DNA of 64,000 bases from an uncultured Bacteroidota bacterium (lineage in GTDB: Bacteria > Bacteroidota > Bacteroidia > Flavobacteriales > Flavobacteriaceae). The stretch lies in the NCBI GenBank assembly GCA_902514615.1, contig CABXRG010000001.1:13834-77833 (forward strand), written 5' to 3'. Both the position numbers and the translations under genes were made by a program. The notes under the pieces are model-generated. The model saw only the letters and a program-made list of their open reading frames with translations. It was not told the origin of the DNA and did not search any database. Of this stretch, positions 60,668-64,000 are shown piece by piece; position 1 is the stretch's first letter; each line of letters starts with the position of its first letter.

Positions 60668-63154
60668 ATGGAAAAAGAAAAATTAATTCCTATAAAGATT
60701 GAAGATGAAATGAAGTCTGCTTACATCGATTATTCGATGTCTGTTATTGTTTCAAGAGCCCTTCCAGACGTAAGAGATGGTCTTAAACCTGTTCATAGAA
60801 GAGTTTTGTTTGGTATGAATGAAATGGGAGTTAGATCTACCTCATCATATAAAAAATCTGCCAGAATTGTGGGTGACGTTATGGGTAAATATCATCCTCA
60901 TGGTGATAGTTCAGTTTATGACACTATGGTGAGAATGGCTCAAGAGTGGAGTTTAAGGTATAATTTAGTAGATGGACAAGGAAACTTTGGATCTGTAGAT
61001 GGCGATAGTCCTGCAGCTATGAGATATACTGAGGCTAGAATGCAAAAAATTTCAGAAGATCTATTATCTGATATTGACAAGGAAACAGTTGACTTTCAGC
61101 TCAATTTTGATGATACTATTATGGAGCCTACAGTTCTTCCTACTAGAGTACCTGCATTAATAATTAACGGAGCTTCTGGTATAGCAGTTGGAATGGCAAC
61201 AAATATGCCTCCTCATAATCTATCTGAGGTTATAGATGGAATAATGCAGTATATTGACAATAATGATATTTCAATAGACGAATTGATTCAACACATTAAA
61301 GCACCTGATTTTCCAACAGGTGGAACAATTTATGGCTATGATGGCGTCAAGGAAGCTTTTCATACTGGCAAAGGTAGGGTTGTAATGAGAGGAAAAGCTA
61401 TTATTGAAAATGTCAATGATAGAGAATGTATTATTGTATCTGAAATACCATATCAAGTTAACAAGGCTGATATGATCAAAAAAACTGCAGATTTAATTAA
61501 TGATGGAAAGATTGAAGGTATTTCTACAATTAGAGATGAGTCGGATAGAAACGGTATGAGAATCGTTTATGTCCTAAAAAGAGATGCTATTCCTAACATA
61601 GTTTTAAATAAACTTTACAAGTATACTTCATTACAATCTTCTTTCAGTGTTAATAATGTGGCATTAGTAAATGGTAGACCTCAGCTTCTAAATCTAAAGG
61701 ATTTAATTCATCATTTTGTTGATCATAGACATGATGTAGTCGTTAAAAGAACTAACTATGAGTTAAAAAAAGCTGAACAAAGAGCACATATTTTAGAGGG
61801 CCTAATTATTGCTAGTGATAATATCGATGATGTAATAGATTTGATTAAAAAATCATCTAATGCAGAAGAAGCTAGGCTAAAATTAGAGAAGAAATATAAA
61901 CTTTCTGAGATACAAGCTAAGGCTATAATCGAGATGAGATTAAGACAGCTTACAGGATTAGAGCAAAATAAATTAAGAGAAGAGTACGATGAACTTCAAA
62001 AAATAATCAAAGGTTTCAAAGAATTATTGGACAGTAAGCCTATGAGAATGAATCTTATTAAAGATGAATTATCAGTTATTAAAGAAAAATATGGTGATGA
62101 GAGAAGGTCTGTAATTGAATATGCAGGTGGTGATTTTAGAGTTGAAGATATTATTCCAGATGAAAAAGTTGTAATTACTATATCACATGCAGGATATATC
62201 AAAAGGACTCCTCTTACAGAATACAAAACTCAAAATAGAGGAGGAGTAGGTCAAAAAGCATCAAAGACAAGAGATGAGGACTTTTTGGAAGACTTATTTG
62301 TAGGTACAAACCATCAATACATGCTGTTTTTTACTCAAAAAGGTAAATGTTTTTGGATGAGAGTTTATGAGATACCTGAAGGCTCAAAAAATTCAAAAGG
62401 AAGGGCTATACAAAACCTCATTAATATAGAACAAGATGACAGAGTTAAGGCTTTTATCTGTACCCAAGATTTAAAAGATGAAGACTATGTAAACAGTAAT
62501 TATGTAATTATGGCTACTAAAATGGGTCAAGTAAAGAAAACCTCATTAGAACAATATTCTAGGCCTAGATCTAATGGTATAAACGCTATAACAATTAAAG
62601 AAGGGGATGAGTTACTAGAAGCTAAGCTTACAAATGGAAATAGTCAAATTATGCTTGCCGTAAAATCTGGTAAGGCAATTCGGTTTGAGGAAAGTAAAAC
62701 TAGACCAATGGGAAGAAATGCATCTGGTGTAAGAGGTATTAGGTTAAAAGACAACAAAGATGAGGTTGTTGGAATGATATCTGTAAATGATATGGATGCT
62801 AATATTTTAGTAGTTTCTGAAAATGGTTATGGTAAGAGATCTTCTTTGGAAGACTACAGGTTAACCAATAGAGGAGGGAAAGGAGTTAAAACTATATCTA
62901 TTACAGAAAAAACAGGTAAATTAGTAACCTTAAAGAGTGTTTCTGACAATGATGATTTAATGATTATCAACAAATCAGGTATAGCAATTAGGATGCAGGT
63001 CGAGGATCTAAGAGTTATGGGAAGAGCAACTCAAGGTGTTAAAGTTATCAGTATTAAAGATGGTGATAGCATTGCAGCTGTTGCTAAAGTAATGAAAGAT
63101 GATGATGATATTGAAGACATCAATGATATCGAATTTACAGGAGATACTATATAA
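60668..63154 (+). CDS. gyrA: DNA gyrase subunit A
   Basis: 828 aa. GKYHPHGD block, active-site Tyr in [10 protein letters not shown] and C-terminal beta-pinwheel repeats. Confidence 0.98.
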   Translation: MEKEKLIPIKIEDEMKSAYIDYSMSVIVSRALPDVRDGLKPVHRRVLFGMNEMGVRSTSSYKKSARIVGDVMGKYHPHGDSSVYDTMVRMAQEWSLRYNLVDGQGNFGSVDGDSPAAMRYTEARMQKISEDLLSDIDKETVDFQLNFDDTIMEPTVLPTRVPALIINGASGIAVGMATNMPPHNLSEVIDGIMQYIDNNDISIDELIQHIKAPDFPTGGTIYGYDGVKEAFHTGKGRVVMRGKAIIENVNDRECIIVSEIPYQVNKADMIKKTADLINDGKIEGISTIRDESDRNGMRIVYVLKRDAIPNIVLNKLYKYTSLQSSFSVNNVALVNGRPQLLNLKDLIHHFVDHRHDVVVKRTNYELKKAEQRAHILEGLIIASDNIDDVIDLIKKSSNAEEARLKLEKKYKLSEIQAKAIIEMRLRQLTGLEQNKLREEYDELQKIIKGFKELLDSKPMRMNLIKDELSVIKEKYGDERRSVIEYAGGDFRVEDIIPDEKVVITISHAGYIKRTPLTEYKTQNRGGVGQKASKTRDEDFLEDLFVGTNHQYMLFFTQKGKCFWMRVYEIPEGSKNSKGRAIQNLINIEQDDRVKAFICTQDLKDEDYVNSNYVIMATKMGQVKKTSLEQYSRPRSNGINAITIKEGDELLEAKLTNGNSQIMLAVKSGKAIRFEESKTRPMGRNASGVRGIRLKDNKDEVVGMISVNDMDANILVVSENGYGKRSSLEDYRLTNRGGKGVKTISITEKTGKLVTLKSVSDNDDLMIINKSGIAIRMQVEDLRVMGRATQGVKVISIKDGDSIAAVAKVMKDDDDIEDINDIEFTGDTI

Positions 63155-63164
63155 TTAAAAAAAT

Positions 63165-64000
63165 ATGAAAAAATTAATATTATTTACTCTTTTATTTACT
63201 GTCTTCTTTTCGACAGCTCAAAAAAAGGAATTAAGAAATGCTAATAAGTTTTTTATCTCTGGAGAGTACTCTTCAGCTATTGACTTATTAGATTCAGCTA
63301 GGGATCTTTTTGATTCAAGTGATGATAAGATTAAATCTCAAGTAATGTTGCTTTATGGAAAACTTCATACTTCTATGGAAGACTTTGACTTGGCAATGAA
63401 AGCTTTTGATATGTCAAAAAACTTAGGGACTAGCGATCAAATTTTAAATCCTGAAGTTAGAAAACTTGAAACTGCAATTATTACTAGTGCAGTTGGTGAT
63501 AATGAAACTGAAAATTTTAATAGTGCTGCCAGAAAGCTTAAGATGGTTTATGATTTAAATCCTGAAATAAATCAAGAATATCTTTATTATGCTGCTTCAT
63601 CAGCAGTTAACTCTCTTGATTATCCTTTATCTCTCGAATATTATGAACTTTTAAGAGATATCAAGTATGAAGGGATTGAAACAAAATTTTTTATCACTGA
63701 AGTTTCATCTGGAAATGAAATTGAGATTAATTCTGAAACAGAGTTTAATTTATTGCAGAAATCAAAAGAATATTCTGATCCAAGAGAAGAGGATACAGAT
63801 TCAAAGTTTCCAGAAATAGTTAAAAACATAGCATTGATTTATAAAGAGCTAGGTCAAAATGATAAAGCATTAGCTGCAATTGAAGCAGCTAGATCTTCCA
63901 ATCCTGATGATGTAGGTTTGATAATTACTGCAGCAAACATTTATTTTGAGCTAGACAACAAAGAGGCATTCAAAGTAGCTATGTCCGAGGCTATTGAAAA
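63165..64000 (+). CDS. TPR-repeat protein with signal peptide (3' end outside window)
   Basis: ATG at 63165. The frame is open to the window edge, so it is absent from the track. MKKLILFTLLFTVFFSTAQ is a signal peptide, followed by TPR-like helical repeats (for example ALIYKELGQNDKALAAIEAARSSNPDD). Confidence 0.7.
   Translation, partial: MKKLILFTLLFTVFFSTAQKKELRNANKFFISGEYSSAIDLLDSARDLFDSSDDKIKSQVMLLYGKLHTSMEDFDLAMKAFDMSKNLGTSDQILNPEVRKLETAIITSAVGDNETENFNSAARKLKMVYDLNPEINQEYLYYAASSAVNSLDYPLSLEYYELLRDIKYEGIETKFFITEVSSGNEIEINSETEFNLLQKSKEYSDPREEDTDSKFPEIVKNIALIYKELGQNDKALAAIEAARSSNPDDVGLIITAANIYFELDNKEAFKVAMSEAIE

Overview
This window is a chromosomal core region from a very AT-rich (roughly 30% GC by eye), tightly packed Bacteroidota genome, most likely a free-living member of the Flavobacteriia. 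I infer the lineage from three things. Gene content includes BamD, a CarboxypepD_reg-type TonB receptor and a flavobacterial-style ECF sigma. Gene neighbourhoods match (bamD-rpoZ-coaBC-recN, xerD/aroQ, gyrA-TPR). Exact TAnnTTTG promoter boxes sit in front of several genes. The species cannot be named from sequence alone. My gene model has 63 protein-coding genes (two cut by the window edges; dnaX counted once), one RNase P RNA, one clear intrinsic terminator and several candidate promoters. By my own gap tally only about 1.5 kb (about 2.4%) of the window is non-genic. The content is almost entirely housekeeping: replication and repair (dnaA, dnaX, ligA, recN, gyrA, xerD); translation (thrS-infC-rpmI-rplT, rplS, trmD, rpsA, prmC, rsmD, rnpB); central and biosynthetic metabolism (fumC, icd, lpdA, gcvT, thrABC, pyrRB, pdxH, ribD, coaBC, coaE, fabI, aroQ, kdsB, ppk1/ppx); proteostasis (lon, clpC, an HtrA-like protease); and envelope functions (bamD, mltG, murQ, a TonB receptor, an ECF sigma module). 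I saw no rRNA, tRNA, CRISPR array, transposase, phage gene or recognisable defence system, and I cannot honestly point to a novel multi-gene system. The most unusual feature is dnaX. Its reading frame ends two codons after an A11 tract, and the rest of a tau-like C-terminus continues for 186 codons in the -1 frame. This is either obligatory recoding (ribosomal or transcriptional slippage) or a homopolymer sequencing error. Smaller observations are listed in the findings: an unannotated 52-codon membrane ORF in the largest otherwise unassigned gap left of dnaA; a non-AUG (ATA) start for infC; a compact 282-nt RNase P RNA overlapping rsmD; an ECF-sigma/LTXXQ envelope-stress module; TTGA-coupled clpC-thrA and thrB-thrC junctions; a back-to-back pyrR-to-ppx gene run; an apparently exported MsrB; and a gene-orientation switch next to dnaA.
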